Source: Amphiscolops sp. MND2022
Taxonomy: Eukaryota
DNA length: 64,000 nucleotides
Direction of reading: 5' to 3'
Assembly: GCA_964187785.1 (NCBI GenBank)
Contig: OZ076409.1
Coordinates: 21,144,001 to 21,208,000, forward strand
Below are positions 39,089-53,308 of this stretch, one piece after another. A program made the position numbers and the translations under genes. A model generated the notes under the pieces. That model was not told where the DNA came from and made no database searches. It saw only the letters and a list, made by a program, of their open reading frames with translations. Each line of letters starts with the position of its first letter. The first letter of the stretch is position 1.

Positions 39089-40786
39089 TGTCACAGGCTG
39101 CCGCCTGTGACGGCATTTTCTATCAAGTACCAGCAGGAAACAACACACCTAACCCCCACGAGGAGTATTGCCCATATGAACCCCAATAGAACTTGGGGAC
39201 AGTTGCCTACAAACATTACAATCTACTTCCGAAGTGTATTTAATTTCGACCATGTAAGACCCTCGGGTTTGGCTACAAGAAACTTTTGTACTTAATTTAT
39301 TAGTTGCATGGCTTATGGGCCGCTTTTAACAACTTCCTTAGTTTAATTACCATCTGTGTTTGAAATACCTTTTTGCAATTACCAAATTGTTGTAATAACG
39401 TTGTATTATTCAAGATGATGTAATCGCAAAGTGTTGATACAGTTTCAATGTTAAAATTAGAACGAACAAGTAAGCACAATACAGGAAACGAGTTCAAATG
39501 ATCGTTTCCTGTAGCTAGCTGTACACGCGGTCCAACGCTGTAGCAGCCAATCACAGCGCAGTATTGATATACATTTACTGTGGCCGCGCGGACCGTGAGT
39601 CCGCGTGGTATTATTTACTTTCATTCCAACACTAATGTACACTCTGATGTAGCCACGTGGACTGAAGGTCCGTCGTGGAGTTATTAACATAAAAGACAGT
39701 TCATACGTAAAGTTATGCAACTACTTGGACTCTAAGTCCGTTATGAAATTTAGGTGATAAATTGTCCTTTATCGTGTTCAAAAGTCATGCAGATGCATAT
39801 ATTCATATTCCAATTCATTTTAGACCTTAAGGCTGATCTGCCTTGCCCCCCAAAGTTCCTTTGATGCTATTTTTATTCATAACATTTCAGTGACGTAATC
39901 TTGATGTCACTTCTCAGACCTGATTTGGAATTCAACGACACCTATTTATAGTATCATGACACCCCAATTTTAGCGGGTCATGCAGTATTAGGTATAACGA
40001 CCCGAGGCCTTCAGCTCCAGGGACAATTGGATTTTACGCTGAAAATACACAACCTGCAATACTGATTTGTGATTAATTCTTTCAATACTTACTCGCTTTG
40101 TCACATTGTACTGCCCTGTTAATTAACTGTTGAAAATACCAAAATTCCTTATGCCTTCTACTAGAAAGCAAAAAGCTAGGGAAAGTCGCTCTAGACAGTT
40201 TGACATGATGTCTGATGCAGAAAATGTTGATATAATGTTAGGCAGTTACTCAAGGGATGATGAGAGGAATGAACAGAGTGAAAGTGAACTAAATTTGGAC
40301 TCAGGCTCCAGTAGGCCTCAGCAAAATTCTAACTTGACTGGAAAGGATTTTAAATCAATACTAACAGTGGGGAGAACAGTGAAATTACCACAGAAACTAC
40401 CAGGGTTTTTGGAGATGAAATAGCTAGTCAAGTCACAAGAAAACTCAATGATATCAGATCTAGTTTTAATTTGCAAATTCAGGAAGCTATTAACAACGCA
40501 ATTACTGAGAGAGTGCTCCCTTCCATTGAAACTAGCTTAGTTGCGCGTGGGAGAGCTAATATAACCATGGAGGACCAGAGGGCCAACGGGCTACAGGATA
40601 GCCCTAAAGCACCTAATTTTACTATGGTGGACCACAGGTCCAGTGGGCTACAAAGGAACTCCGAAGTTGTAAATCCCCAGAAAACGAAGGAAAACCGCTC
40701 AAAAATGGGATTATCACGTGTAAACGAAAGATAAATGTCCAGAGCCAGTTCAGTAGACTCATATACTAGCGAACAAAATCGCGACA
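39089..40786 (+). mobile_element. Solo LTR (1698 bp) of another Gypsy-type family
   Basis: TGTCAC...GCGACA ends; 5-bp TSD CGAAG at 39084-39088 and 40787-40791; gag-like N-terminal ORF remnant from 40151 (MPSTRKQKARES...) to the LTR end. Confidence 0.85.
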
Positions 40787-43679
40787 CGAAGCATTTCCAA
40801 AACTGATTAAAGACGCAGTAATTGCACCAGCGACCAAAAGACATTGCTGTATTTGACCAGTAGGTAATTCATTCGAAATTTGCTTTTCCAGTGATTTAAC
40901 TCAGAGCGGTGAAGTTTTATTCCTGTATATTATACTTATTTGGCTGCAAAACGAATATGTAACTGGAAATCAAATTTCAGTTTTTGCCTTTGTTGGTCGG
41001 GAAACTATTTCATATTTCATTTTTTGCGCCCTTGGCTACTTTAGCAGCGCGTCTAGTGGCTATATCGATGATAAACGCCATATGCGATATCTTGACATTA
41101 TTCTTGTTCTTTTCGTTTTGACAAGAGTAGGTCAAAGTTCGTATCTATTCCTTTTCAAACTTTTGTTTTTTTTCCAAATATAAGTTTTTTGTGATGGATG
41201 GTATATAGCAATAAAGTTTTAGTTCATCCAGTTGATTAAATTTTTCGATTTATGTCTGGTTTGCGATTAAAAAAGCGTGCGTTTTTGTTTAAAAATTGCC
41301 CTTTTTTGAATTTTGCTCTTTAGGAATTGCCCGAAAACTTCAGTTTTTTAGATGTGGTACTTTTTCCTAGAATAAGAAACATTTCACAGTTCCACTGCAC
41401 CCCATTTCTTTGCACTTTTAAAAAACGTCACAAGATGAACGCTTGAAACGTTCCATCAGGGCGTTTTTACGAAGACAAAGTGAAAGAAATCTGACTGTAA
41501 CGAAATCCGACAGATCTGAAAACGAGTTTTAAAATTGTATCTCAAGATTTCCGGAAGTCAATTCAATAAATTGTAAATCTTCAAGGCTGATTGGTTTCAA
41601 GTCTACTCGTTCCATCAGGCAAAAACTGTTTTCACTGTACCCAAAATCTGTTCGGTATAAGCAAAATTCCATTCTTTGGAAAATTGAACAAAAAAAAGTT
41701 TTGGTTCAGTACGATTTGAAAAGATATAAACCTTCGACACTGATTAGGTTCAAATTCCAACCTTCTTTTTAGCAAGACGTAATTAAATTGCAGGTATCTT
41801 CATCAGTGCACATAAAATATATTGAATATATGTTACATCAGGAAGCGGTGTTAGTCTAATAAATTTTCAAAAAATAGAATAAATTGACACTGGTTTATTT
41901 CCAACCACCGCCTTTTTGCGCACTTTTTTCTATATAGACGTTACCTCTGCAAACAGTGTTAGTATAGTTTATATTGAAGGTATACAAATATTCTGTATAC
42001 ACTGGATAGACTTCACCTCCCACATTCTTCCTTGTAAATTTAATATGCCACGGATATATTGTCAATAAATCAGGTGTAGAGCATTTTTCTCTGTATTCAT
42101 TACATCAGGAAAAATTGGTACTTTTCTTCATTTTGAAAAGACGAAAAAGTTTGGAACTGTTCAAGAAGGAACCCTTCCTTCTTTGTAGAAGTTGTAAAAT
42201 AATTACAGGTTTTGACAATAAATCGGATGAAGCGCACTTTTTTCGTTATATACGTTATGTTATATTCGATAACTGTCACAGCCCCAGCTGTGCTGTGAGA
42301 ATTGCCACCAAAAAAGCGCAGTCTATGGAGAAGGAAAATGGGAGTAAGTTGAAAGAAAGGAATAAGTGAAACAATCGACATATTACTGTTCTGTGCTAAT
42401 TTAATATTGATAACTTGAAAAAATCGGAGCTAAAATAGTATATAATAATGTTTACATAATTACAAACAAGAATATAAATGTGTACAATATGGAGCTATTG
42501 TGCAGTTAATAATTTTAATACAGTGCTATTTAAAAAATAATAACCGAATCATAACGCTCAGCAAGCAAGCGGCCTGAGAAACCAATGGCGAAACTGCGGC
42601 TTGGCAGCCGGCCTCAAACTCAAGCAGCGAGACACTGGGCTGGCAAGCGGCCTGGGAAGTGAAAACACGCCACGCTTTAATCTAACATGTAAATGCATTG
42701 ACAATCAATACATGTAAAAGTAATAATGTTGTAAACATAATTAACAAGGCGCTATACACGTAATTGTACATATAAATGAACACCTGTGCTAAATTTGAAA
42801 CACCAATATACCGTGGCACGGGACGTGGCCTGAAAAAAGAATTTGCTGAAACCCATTCTGGAAATGGAGAACGATGATGTCATTAGTATTTTCTGTTCTC
42901 TCAATGAAACCGCGACCTAATATACATGATTGTAAGCGATAATAGTTGATTGCATGTAATTTGTAACAATTATATTCATGTAACTGAGTTTAGTTTCTGA
43001 ACGCATTAAACCATGGCCTAGAACCCGGCCTAGGATTAAATTCTTTGACCCGTGCTATTTAATGACTATTAATGATCCGTACTACCTTTCCCAGCCAATT
43101 TCCATTCAATTAGATTAATCAACGTCCCAAATAATATTCCCGACATGATTTATTCCACGTAAAATTCCGCTTGTTGCTACTTAACCTTTGTTATGAGGCG
43201 TTATTTATTTTTCCTAAATGTCCCAGACCACAGCCTGGGACCGGGATTTTCTCTTTTGTACCTAATTAGTGCTTTATTGCCCCATGAGTGGATTTATAAA
43301 TCGCTTTGCAGTTTCGTTAATATAATCGTTATTTTGCGCAGTATTTGAACTGATTAGTTTGGGAAATTTTCAATTTCCATGAAATGATTGTCATTGCTTT
43401 ACTGTCATTTTTCCATCGCTTGAGCGTAAATTATTGAGTCATTGTACAATTCCACGCTGAATTCAGCTTCGGCGTCCTCAAGAGGCGGGAATTGGAGGCG
43501 AAGGGAAGCGGAGTCGCAACTCAGACAGGAAGTGAACGCGTGCTTTCCTTGGAAAGCATGAACAAGCTGAAAGTCTGAGTTCGACAAAGCGGAATTGAAC
43601 TTCCGGTTTCCTTGCCTTGGAGAGACACCGGACTGAATGAAGTGTGAAAGTGTTGTGGATTTTTCCCGCTTCACGTGCG

Positions 43680-46600
43680 CGGAAAGTATATATACTTGTA
43701 AAATGTGAATTAATTTTAGTTGAAAAATTATTCAAAATACAATACACATCAAACCTCTCAATTTTCTTCACCTTGTCAAATAGTCTTAAGCTTTCTGGAA
43801 AACCCTAAACTAAAATGCCTGAGAGATCGTCTAAAAGAAAAGCGAGAAGTGATTCTGCTTCTAGTCCACAAGGCGAACCTGAGACTGCTTGTCAAAGGAT
43901 TGAGAACGTGCCTAGCATTTCTGAACGAGACTTCTCTGAGATATCAGAAAAGATTAAAAAATCCGTCATTTAGAGGACAAAAGATACTGAGATCGGACAA
44001 AGGGGGATCCTCAAAATGATTGAAAATCTATCCTCGAAAATAGATTTACTGTCTGACCGAACGCCCAGGACTGAAAATTCAGAAGCAGGCTAAATAGACA
44101 TTGAAAATCAAGCCTCAACATCCAGATCAACTGCATTAGGCGAGTTGCCCCCATTAGAGGGTCCCCCAAACAGAAATACCGCCCCGGTCGTCGAACCTGC
44201 CGCCTCCCAACCAGAAATATCCAGACCAAATGGTCAATAAATTGCTTGAATTACTCAGGAATGTTACCCAACCGAACATCGGACTTCCCAGACTGCCGAA
44301 GGCATTGTCAACAATCATGTCTACATTCAACGGACGAAATGACAAATTCGAGCATTTCGAAGACCTCTTCATGACAAGCCTCAAAGTATACCCTAACATC
44401 TCTGAGGAGGAACAAATCCATTACTTTCACTCCCTACTCAGGGATGATGCCCTCCAAACCTACCGCAATATGACTGACACAAATCGTGCCAGCTTAGAAG
44501 ACATTATTGCTACATTCCGACGCCAATATGTACCCCCCCAATTCATAGCGACAGCCAGCTGCAAATGGGAGCAATTCTACTTTGACCACACTCGACAAAC
44601 AGTCCAAGACATTTTGGAACAATACCAAAAACTAGCCCTGGAAGCGTAGAAGAGATGCCTGGAAGATGCCCCAAGTTTATCGAAACACCCTTCTACGCCA
44701 AAATGCCGACCCACCTGAAACGAATCCTCAACCAATCCCGGTTAGAAACGGAATCCTATGACATGATGGTCCAAAATTTGGAGAGGGAAACGGAATTAAA
44801 CGAGACCAACATAACGGGAGTACATCAAAACGAAGTACAAGAAACGCAACAAGCCCAAAACCGTCAGGCCTATGCCATGGATGCGGACAATCTGGCCATG
44901 TTGTCAAGAAGTGCCAAAAAGTAGCCTGCGAAGCTCGCAACCGAGGCAACAGAGTACCCAACAAATTGTCGAACCATGTGAAACATGTGGCAAGAAAAGC
45001 CACACAACACAGGACTGCTATTCGGGTGCCAATTGGGCAAATAGACCACAGTGGTGGAAAACCCCCAAGACTACGTCCTCAAACAACATTCTGACACCAC
45101 CACAACCACAAGGTCAGTACGTAAAAGAAAACTCACAAGTGGCCCAACCTCAATATCACAACCAAAGCAATCGGCCAAATGGGCTATCTACACCCTACCC
45201 AAATGAAAGCTCAACCCCAAGATCAAACCCATCCAAAAAACTAGTTTTGCCACATCTTCAGTTTGGGGAAACTGTCGAAACCCGACATTTCACAACATCT
45301 CAACCCCCAAACACGTACGATCACGAGGAACTTAATGAGCGCTAATGAGCGCAGCGAATCGACTGGCAGCGAAGATGGCAAATTCATGAGCTCCACAAAT
45401 ACAACCGCCAAACAACGACCAAAAAAGACTACCCACAATGATACCTTGACAACCCGACCGACTACAATACTCCAAAACGACCCTTACCAGAAAGCACCTC
45501 CCCCGAAACCAACATTCATGACCCCGACTTCAACTGTGACCCCTACCACAACCCCCAACTCTACGACAAAGATACTCTAACCTTCAAACAGCAAGAGTGC
45601 ACGTCATTCGAGGAGTACATCAAAAAGACCCGAATGAACATCTCAACAGAACCACGTCACAGACCAAAAAGTGTCCAACCAGGTCCCAGAATATAATCAG
45701 GACGCAGAACACATGACAGACATCTTAGCCGATAATACGAACCACAGGACCAAATCCATACTCAAAAACCAGGGATCCCATGCCACGGCTCCACAATCAC
45801 CACTGAAAGATCACCCAGTAAACCCCATCAGAGCTGGAACTATACGGTCTCCAACAATGAACGTGGCACCCGACTGCCACCAACATGAAAATCTCACCGG
45901 CAGGACCTCGACTGAAGCCGTGGACCCGGTCTAACCCACAATCAACACGGGGACAACAATCTCCAAACTGAAAACAAAGAGAATAAAGAGGTCTCTAATC
46001 TTAGAGCCCCCTCCCAGATCAGCCAGTCCGAAAATGAGGTCGCGGACCCCCGACCCATTGCTACTGACGCAACTAACATGCAGTCTGAATCCTCACCAGG
46101 TGTTGCAAACGACACACCGCAACAGTACAAAACTCAGTCCTACCCCGCAGACCAGACTGCAGAATACCCGAGACAAAATCACCTAGACAGAGGGACATTA
46201 ACCGCCCTCTTCTCTCTTACTAGGCAGTCTGGAAATGAGGAAACCAGAATATGCATACTACAACGCCCTAGGGGTCAATTCAGCAAAATTGACAAATCCG
46301 GACAAAAACTTGGACGATGGCCCAGAAATACAAGTGTTGGCGGGCCTCGGCCCAGACGGTGGCCTGAGATCAGAACGTTACTGAGGCCCCAGGCACTGAC
46401 ATAGCCGGCGACCCTACTACTTAATTTCAAATCTCCTCAACCTACGATGGACGAGACCAACATAACGGGAATACATCAAATCGAAGTACAAGAAACGCAA
46501 CAAGTTGCAAACCCTCCCAAACCGTCAGGCTCATGCCATGGATGCGGACAATCTGACCATGTTGTCAAGAAGTGACAAAAAGTAGCCTGCGAAGCTCGCA

Positions 46601-47430
46601 ACAGAGGCAACAGAGTACCCAACAAAATTGTCGAACCATGTGAAACATGTGGCAAGAAAAGCCACACAACACAGGACTGCTATTCGGGTGCCAATTGGGC
46701 AATTAGACCACAGTGGTGGAAAACCCCCAAGACTACGTCCTCAAACAACATTCTGATACCACCACAACCACAAGGTCAGTACGTAAAAGAAAACTCACAA
46801 GTTGCCCAACCTCAATATCACAACCAAGCAATCGGCCAAATGGGCTATCTACCCCCAAGATAAAACCCATCCAAAACCTAGTTTTGCCACATGTTCAGTT
46901 TGGGGAAACTGTCGAAACCCGACTTTTCACAATATCTGAACCCCCAAACACGTACGATTACGAGGAACATAATGAGCGCAGCGAATCGACTGGCAGCGAA
47001 GATGGCAAAGTCATGAGCTCCACAAATACAACCGCCAAACAACGACCAAAAAAGACTACCCGCAAAGATACCTTGACAACACGACCGACTACAATACTCC
47101 AAAACGACCCTTACCAGAAAGCAACTCCCCCGAAACCTACATTCATGACCCCGACTTCAACTGTGACCCCTACCACAACCCCCAACTCTACGACAAAGAG
47201 AATCTAACCTTCAAACAGCGATAGTGCACGCCATTCGAGGAGTACATCAAAAAGACCCGAATGAATATCTCAACAGAACCACGTCACAGACCAAAAACTG
47301 TCCAACCAGGTCCCAGAATATAATCAGGACGCAGAACACGTGACAGAAATCTTAGCCGATAATACGAACCACAGGACCAAATCCATACTCAAAAACCAAG
47401 GATCCCATGCCACGGCTCCACAATCACCAC
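43680..47430 (+). mobile_element. Truncated Gypsy relative: gag remnant with an internal ~1-kb duplication
   Basis: ORF 44230-44649 (LPKALSTIMSTFNGRNDKFEHFEDLF...FHSLLRDDALQ) aligns by eye with gag at 8978; CETCGKKSHTTQDC knuckle; 44801-45803 repeated at 46452-47430. 5' limit uncertain. Confidence 0.85.
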
Positions 47431-48031
47431 CATTACAATGCACAGGCAAGCGTTATTTGCTCAAAGCGCAACATAGTGCTTTCAATATCTCGGATTCCAC
47501 GACCATACCTTTAACCGTGCAAAATTGGCAAATTACGTCATTTGTCCCGGATTCCACGGATTTAGTCGTGGATTCGAGTAACAAACGCTTAGCTGTACGA
47601 ACTGTCGGCATGCAGCGGTGTCCCGGATTCCACAAAAACGTAAGTTTTGCGAAATGAACCAATCAGATTGCAGAAATCATAAAATTCCTGGATTCCACGA
47701 CTTTATGCTTGACGCGATACGCGGCATCTCTTCTTGAATTATTGTCAAGTGGAAGACTGAACAAACATAACATTATGCACTACTTTTCGTATATTATTTC
47801 AAAATGATTCAGACAATCACACCAATATCACACAAAATTTTTGTACTTTTCAGTTTAGTACCAGTTTTGAACAAACTGCCAGATCATCACAATCTGCCAT
47901 TATTTGATGACAGGCTTTTATTTTGGTACCAGTCATGAGTATCTCTATTCGTACTTTGGGACTTTTCGTGTCAATCAAAACAAGTTCCATTGATTTAAAT
48001 TGAATTAGTTTAAATTTTTCTATCTTTCCAA

Positions 48032-48033
<2 letters not shown>

Positions 48034-48075
<42 letters not shown>
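48034..48075 (+). repeat. (GTA)14 microsatellite, left target remnant
   Basis: Direct reading. Confidence 0.98.
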
Positions 48076-49059
48076 TTATTATGGAGGACAATTTAAAGTC
48101 CTTAGTAGTAGTTAATCTTGGGACAATTTAATGTGTTCAGGACTTTAAATTGGCATTTTAAATTGGAAGTGCCAAAAAAAACAACAGTGGAAGCACTTAA
48201 AAGAACAAAAATGGGCTAGAAGGTAGCTTTGGTCCCAAAACGTAAAAAGAATGTATTTGGAGATATTTTTCTTTCGTCAAAAAGAAAGTATTAAGAAAAA
48301 TTTTTCGAGGACAATTTGAACATAAATTTTAGCATGGGGACAAAATAAACACCACCAACTTTAAATTGGTATGTCGAGCAACCTCAGTAGCAACAGCTTG
48401 GTGAGACAAAGAATCCTTAGCAATGAATTCAAAAAGATTTTTTTACTTTGACGTGAAATTTCGTGACATTAAAAATGCTCCTCAAGCTGCGTGACAACCA
48501 TATAAACAAAAGAAACTGATGTCGGACAGAGATTGATGTTTTGAATAAAATCCAAAACATGAACAATTCAAGTCCATTCAATATATTTTTATAGAGGCTC
48601 TCAGTTAGGGGATCACATAGTGTCACCCATAACAAGACCCACGTCGAGAACGTGGCCTCTGAAGGGTCTCACAGAAAAATTTCAAAAATTCAAAAATTAT
48701 AAAACTTTGAAAATTACAAATTTTACAACGCAGTGAGATCATTGTATATTTAAGAAACAATGTAAAATTCGTGGACCACGTCATCTGATCTCCCCAGGTG
48801 CACCTTGTGGGGAATACCCCTCCCCCCTCCAACACGAAGGCGCTTTTGTTCTTGAATAAAAATATTTCACTGATTTTTTTTAACGTACAAACTTAGAGTA
48901 TTGTCTCTTTAACTGAGAATAGAATGCATTTTCGTGTTGGAATTACGAAGGGGAAAAATAGAAAACAAAGGGGATATTTAAACTTACATATACAGACTCA
49001 AAAAAAAGAGAAATCTGTTGAAATATTCACTAATTTTAGACGTTTTCCCCAGTTCTAAC

Positions 49060-49310
49060 TTTCTTCTAACTTAAAGAAGAAATCAACTACTTTTAGACGT
49101 TTGTCATGCGAAGGAGATATCAACTCATTTTAGACGTTTGTCATGCTAATGAGAAATCAACTAATTTTTGATGTTTTTCAAGCTAAGGAGAAATCAATAA
49201 TTTTAGACGTTTGTCATGCTAAGGAGAAATCAACAATTTTAGACGTTTGTCATGCTAATGAGAAATCAACTAATTTTAGACGTTTGTCATGCTAAGGAGA
49301 AATCAACTAA
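49060..49310 (+). repeat. ~37-bp minisatellite (TTTTAGACGTTTGTCATGCTAAGGAGAAATCAACTAA); related inverted array at 52830-53060 and copy at 63710-63945
   Basis: Direct reading; TTTTAGACGT and ACGTCTAAAA arrays face each other near the two ends of element A. Confidence 0.85.
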
Positions 49311-51640
49311 TCGCAGTAAAATTGCTCATTAAGAAATGTCGCGTTTTTCCAGAAAAATTACTGTCCAAGTTGAAGATTTCTTAAACTACTAATGAAGACG
49401 AAAAAAAATAGATAGCATCCAATGTGTCTTTTGTGTACATATCTTCCGTTTTATTTGAAGTGTTTTATTGTTTTTTCTATTTTAATATGATTTTCTTGAG
49501 AGCAAAGATCACAAAGTCACGTTTCGCAAATTGAGTGCAGCATGGTACCAAGTAAATGAATTTTCTCAGTAATTTTTTCTCAGGAATCTTTTCCGTTAGA
49601 TGCAAATTTTCTTCATAATATTGGTTTTGGTCGACGTTTTTCTTCAAGAATGAAAAAACAAAAAGATCTTCACTAAAAATGGGTGAATTCAGTAAAAAAG
49701 TGTACCTGATGGGGAAATAAGAATTTACATATTTACATATATGCAACCCCCACCCCCGAATAAGCAAACATGAAAACTTTGCTGGTATCTAATGAAAAGA
49801 TTTAAAATTTAAATTAAAATGCTCAAGTTTGATTGGCTGCCGCATTCGCCAATCAGTTATTTGATTTTATAATTTGTCACACATACGGTATGTTATACTT
49901 TGTATGTTATAACTGTTATTAAAAATTTGTCAACGAAAGCAGTACCAGAAATAAAAATATGTTTCCGATCAGTCACCCCCCTCACAACACGAAAGCATAT
50001 ACTCATTACGATGCCGCTTCCTTATTGGACGAAGGTTCAACCAATTAATTGTTACTAACAAGTAACTGAGTGAATTTTACACCGGACAGGGATGTTCATT
50101 ATTGTCTTGTAGTATATTGACTCAAAATAGTCCATATGTTTAAACTTAGGGCTACAAAAATCAATAATTTATTTTTTCACTTTTAAAAAATCAATAGGTG
50201 AAATTTGTGGCACAAAGCTTGTATCTCAATGATAAATTGTCATTCTGGAAATACATTTAGACTTGAAGGATTCTGGTTTGTATTCAAGTCTTTTTGTTAT
50301 TATAATTAATTGCAAAAACGTCATCTTGAAAATTGTGGGGGAAAAGGAAAAAGTTCCAATAATTGTTCTTTGCAATAATTAATTCAACACCCCTGATACC
50401 GGATGTATTTATATCAATTCAGTTTAAAGTTTAGTTGACGATTGGTTGAACTTTCGGCCAATGAGAAAGCGCAATAACGTACAACTCAGAAAACTAGAAA
50501 TCTTCATTGGAATCCTTCAGTTTCGCGTAAACGATTGCAAAGGTAAACGTCTCACACTGTAAATTTTGCTACTATTAATATTATTAGTAATTTTTGACTG
50601 CATTTTTTAATACGACTTTCTAATTTCACAATTTTTCAAATAATGTTTTGCTGTTGAACTCCTATTTTTAGAAAGTTTTTTGAAATTGTTTTCTTAAATT
50701 CTCTACATACAAGAAAGATGCACAAAGAAAACGACACATAATCACAGCGTTGCTATATTTTAAAACAGGGATTACCAATATATTATTATAATGTATACAT
50801 TTTAAATAATAAATTTTATATAAAACACAAATTTATGTACATGTAAATATTTGATATATTAGTACAATATAATTTTCCTAGTTTAGATATTAAAACATTC
50901 TTTGTAAAAAGAAACGGTTGAATTCTTTTCATGCTTGTGAATTAGAAATAAGACGTACCTGGGGGGAAATAATACACATATAATTTGTAAAATGTATTAA
51001 ATAGTAGATTTTGATAACTCATAAAATAGAAAGACATCGAATAAGTTTGGCAGTTTTAGAGGAAGCTTGCTAACAATGATCACTATTGCTTTTACAAGCG
51101 AAACTGAAGAAAGTGTTTCGCAAGTGAAGAAATAACTGACGAAACTGAAATGAAATAACTGATTTAAAGGACAAGTGAGAAATAACTGAAGAAACTGAAA
51201 TGAAATAACTGATTTAATAAAATGAAAAGCAAATTATACATTGATGCATAATGGCTAAGACAATGGTCCCCGCATGAGTCAATGCAGTGATGCGTTATAA
51301 TTCCCCAAATAATTCGTTAAAAAAAACAAGGAATAGTACATATTTTGATAACTGATAAAATAGAGTTCGCAAAAGTTTGTCAGTTTCTAATTCTGAGAAA
51401 TGTAACTAATGTAAATTCCCTGTACAGTGAGTGCATGCAGAACATTCTTTGCACTGAACAAGTGTCAATGAAGTGTGAATGTGTGTGTGCATGATTACAG
51501 AGTGTGTATGTACAAGTAAACCAACACACGCAGTGACGTAATTACATGTAATTACATGTATGGAAGGCGAGTCAGGCCGAGCTCTAATGGCCAACCTCCA
51601 CACGTGGCGGCTGTGTGAGGATTATACAGTGAGTAATGGT

Positions 51641-51812
51641 GAAGTGGGACCAGAGCGGTCTCAGATGCACATTCTCCACTTGGTTCAACCTTGATGACCT
51701 CGAGGCACAACTGCATGAAATACAGTAGTGATTCCATGCAGTTATGCCTCGAGGGTCACCAAGGTTGAACCAAGTGGAAATTGTGCATCTGAGACCGCTC
51801 TGGTCCCACTTC
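51641..51812. repeat. Long near-perfect hairpin (~77-bp arms, ~17-nt loop)
   Basis: GAAGTGGGACCAGAGCGGTCTCAGATGCACA...TGTGCATCTGAGACCGCTCTGGTCCCACTTC. Confidence 0.92.
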
Positions 51813-52117
51813 TATACGAGTCCGAAAATGCCATTAAAAATTGTCTAATGCTCTTAGTTTCCGATTTAATATTTTCATATTTAACACATATTTGTTTGAA
51901 GTTTAATCTATATTATACTCTATATATATTATATCATATATATTATATCATTCATATTAGATCAAAAGGACCAGAAATTATTATATATGTTGGTCAACAA
52001 AATGTTTCAAAGCTTTGAACGCTGAAGTTCAGTTGAAGTTCAGTCAATCATTCAATTTGACAACATTGCTTTCACACATTCGAGTGTCAAAGAACTTTCA
52101 CACTTTTTCACACATAT

Positions 52118-52750
52118 TTTCTGAAAACTTTTTGAAATTGATTCGTTAAATTCTCTACATACAAGAAAGATACAGATGGCGGGTTGGTATCATTCGATTC
52201 GTCATGGAATGCAGTACTTGGTAAGTAGAACCCCCCAGCCTGGGAAAATTGTTTCTGTAACTTTTTTCGATGTTATTTCAAAAATAACCTAAAAATATCC
52301 TATTTTCTGAAAACTTTTTGAACTTGTTTTGTTGAATTCTCTACATACAAGAAAGATACAGATGGGGGGTAGGTACCATTCGATTCGTCTTTGATTGCAG
52401 TACCTGGAAAATAAAACCCCCCAATCTGGGAATTTTGTTTTACTACCTTTTTTGACGTTTTTTCAAAAATAACATGAAATTTTCCTATTTTCTGAAAACT
52501 TTTTGAAATTATTTTGTTTATTTCTCCACACACAAGAAAGATACCGATGGGGGGTTGATACCATTCGATTTGTCATTGAATGCAATATCTGGGTAGTAGA
52601 ACCCCCGAACCTGGGAATTTTGTTTTAATACATTTTTTTGATGTTTTTACAAAAATAGCATGAAATTTTCCTTTTATCTGATTTTTTTAAATTGTTTTGT
52701 TGAATTCTCTACATACCAGAAAGATACAGATGGGGGTAGGTATCATTAAA
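52118..52750 (+). repeat. ~190-bp tandem repeat, ~3.3 copies
   Basis: Recurring TTCTCTACATACAAGAAAGATACAGATGG; inverted copies at ~63340-63650. Confidence 0.8.
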
Positions 52751-53287
52751 TTCATCATTCGTTTCATGTCAAAAATTGTACCATAGTTTTCGAATTTTTT
52801 ACATGGAGTCTTAAACAGGACTTCACGTGACAAACGTCTAAAATAGGTAATCTCGAGACAACCATCGAAAACAGATATTCGCGTTACTAACGTCTAAAAA
52901 AGGAATTCCCGTGGCTAATGTCTAAAATAGGGTTTCGCGTGACTAACGTCCAAAATAGGCAATCGCCTGACTACCGTCTAAATTAGGAAATTTCGTCACT
53001 AACGTCTAAAATAGGAAGTCTCATGTAACTAAGGTCTAAAACAGCAAGAATTCGCGTGACTAACATCAAGAAACGGTAATTTCCTTCATAAATGTCCCAA
53101 ATATTTTGTACTCTGCTGAAATTATTTTAAAATGGTACTTCGAATACTGACGGTAGTAAGCTAACAGAGGACAATTTAAAATTAATACTCAGTATTAGGC
53201 CATTTTATATTGGCACTCCACGCAATGAGGACACTTTAAATTGGTATCATAATACCAAAATCCGCTTTAAATTGTCCCTCAGATCAA

Positions 53288-53308
53288 GTAGTAGTAGTAG
53301 TAGTAGTA
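53288..53308 (+). repeat. (GTA)7 spacer between elements A and B
   Basis: CAA-(GTA)7-TTAT junction. Confidence 0.97.

Larger units (their letters stand above)
48076..53287. mobile_element. Element A: non-autonomous 5.2-kb element inserted in (GTA)n
   Basis: Left end TTATTATGGAGGACAATTTAAAG; right end reverse complement TTGATCTGAGGGACAATTTAAAG (13-bp perfect core at 48086-48098 / 53265-53277); GGACAATTT and TTTAAATTGG motifs repeated near both ends; no long ORF; a second copy starts at 62481. Confidence 0.85.

Noticed and set aside
40900..42400. Possible degraded coding relic
   Set aside because: No motif I can recognise in any frame; many stops.
49060..49310. 37-bp repeats resembling a CRISPR array (also 63710-63945)
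   Set aside because: Units are contiguous with no unique spacers, no cas genes are present, and the context is eukaryotic: a minisatellite.
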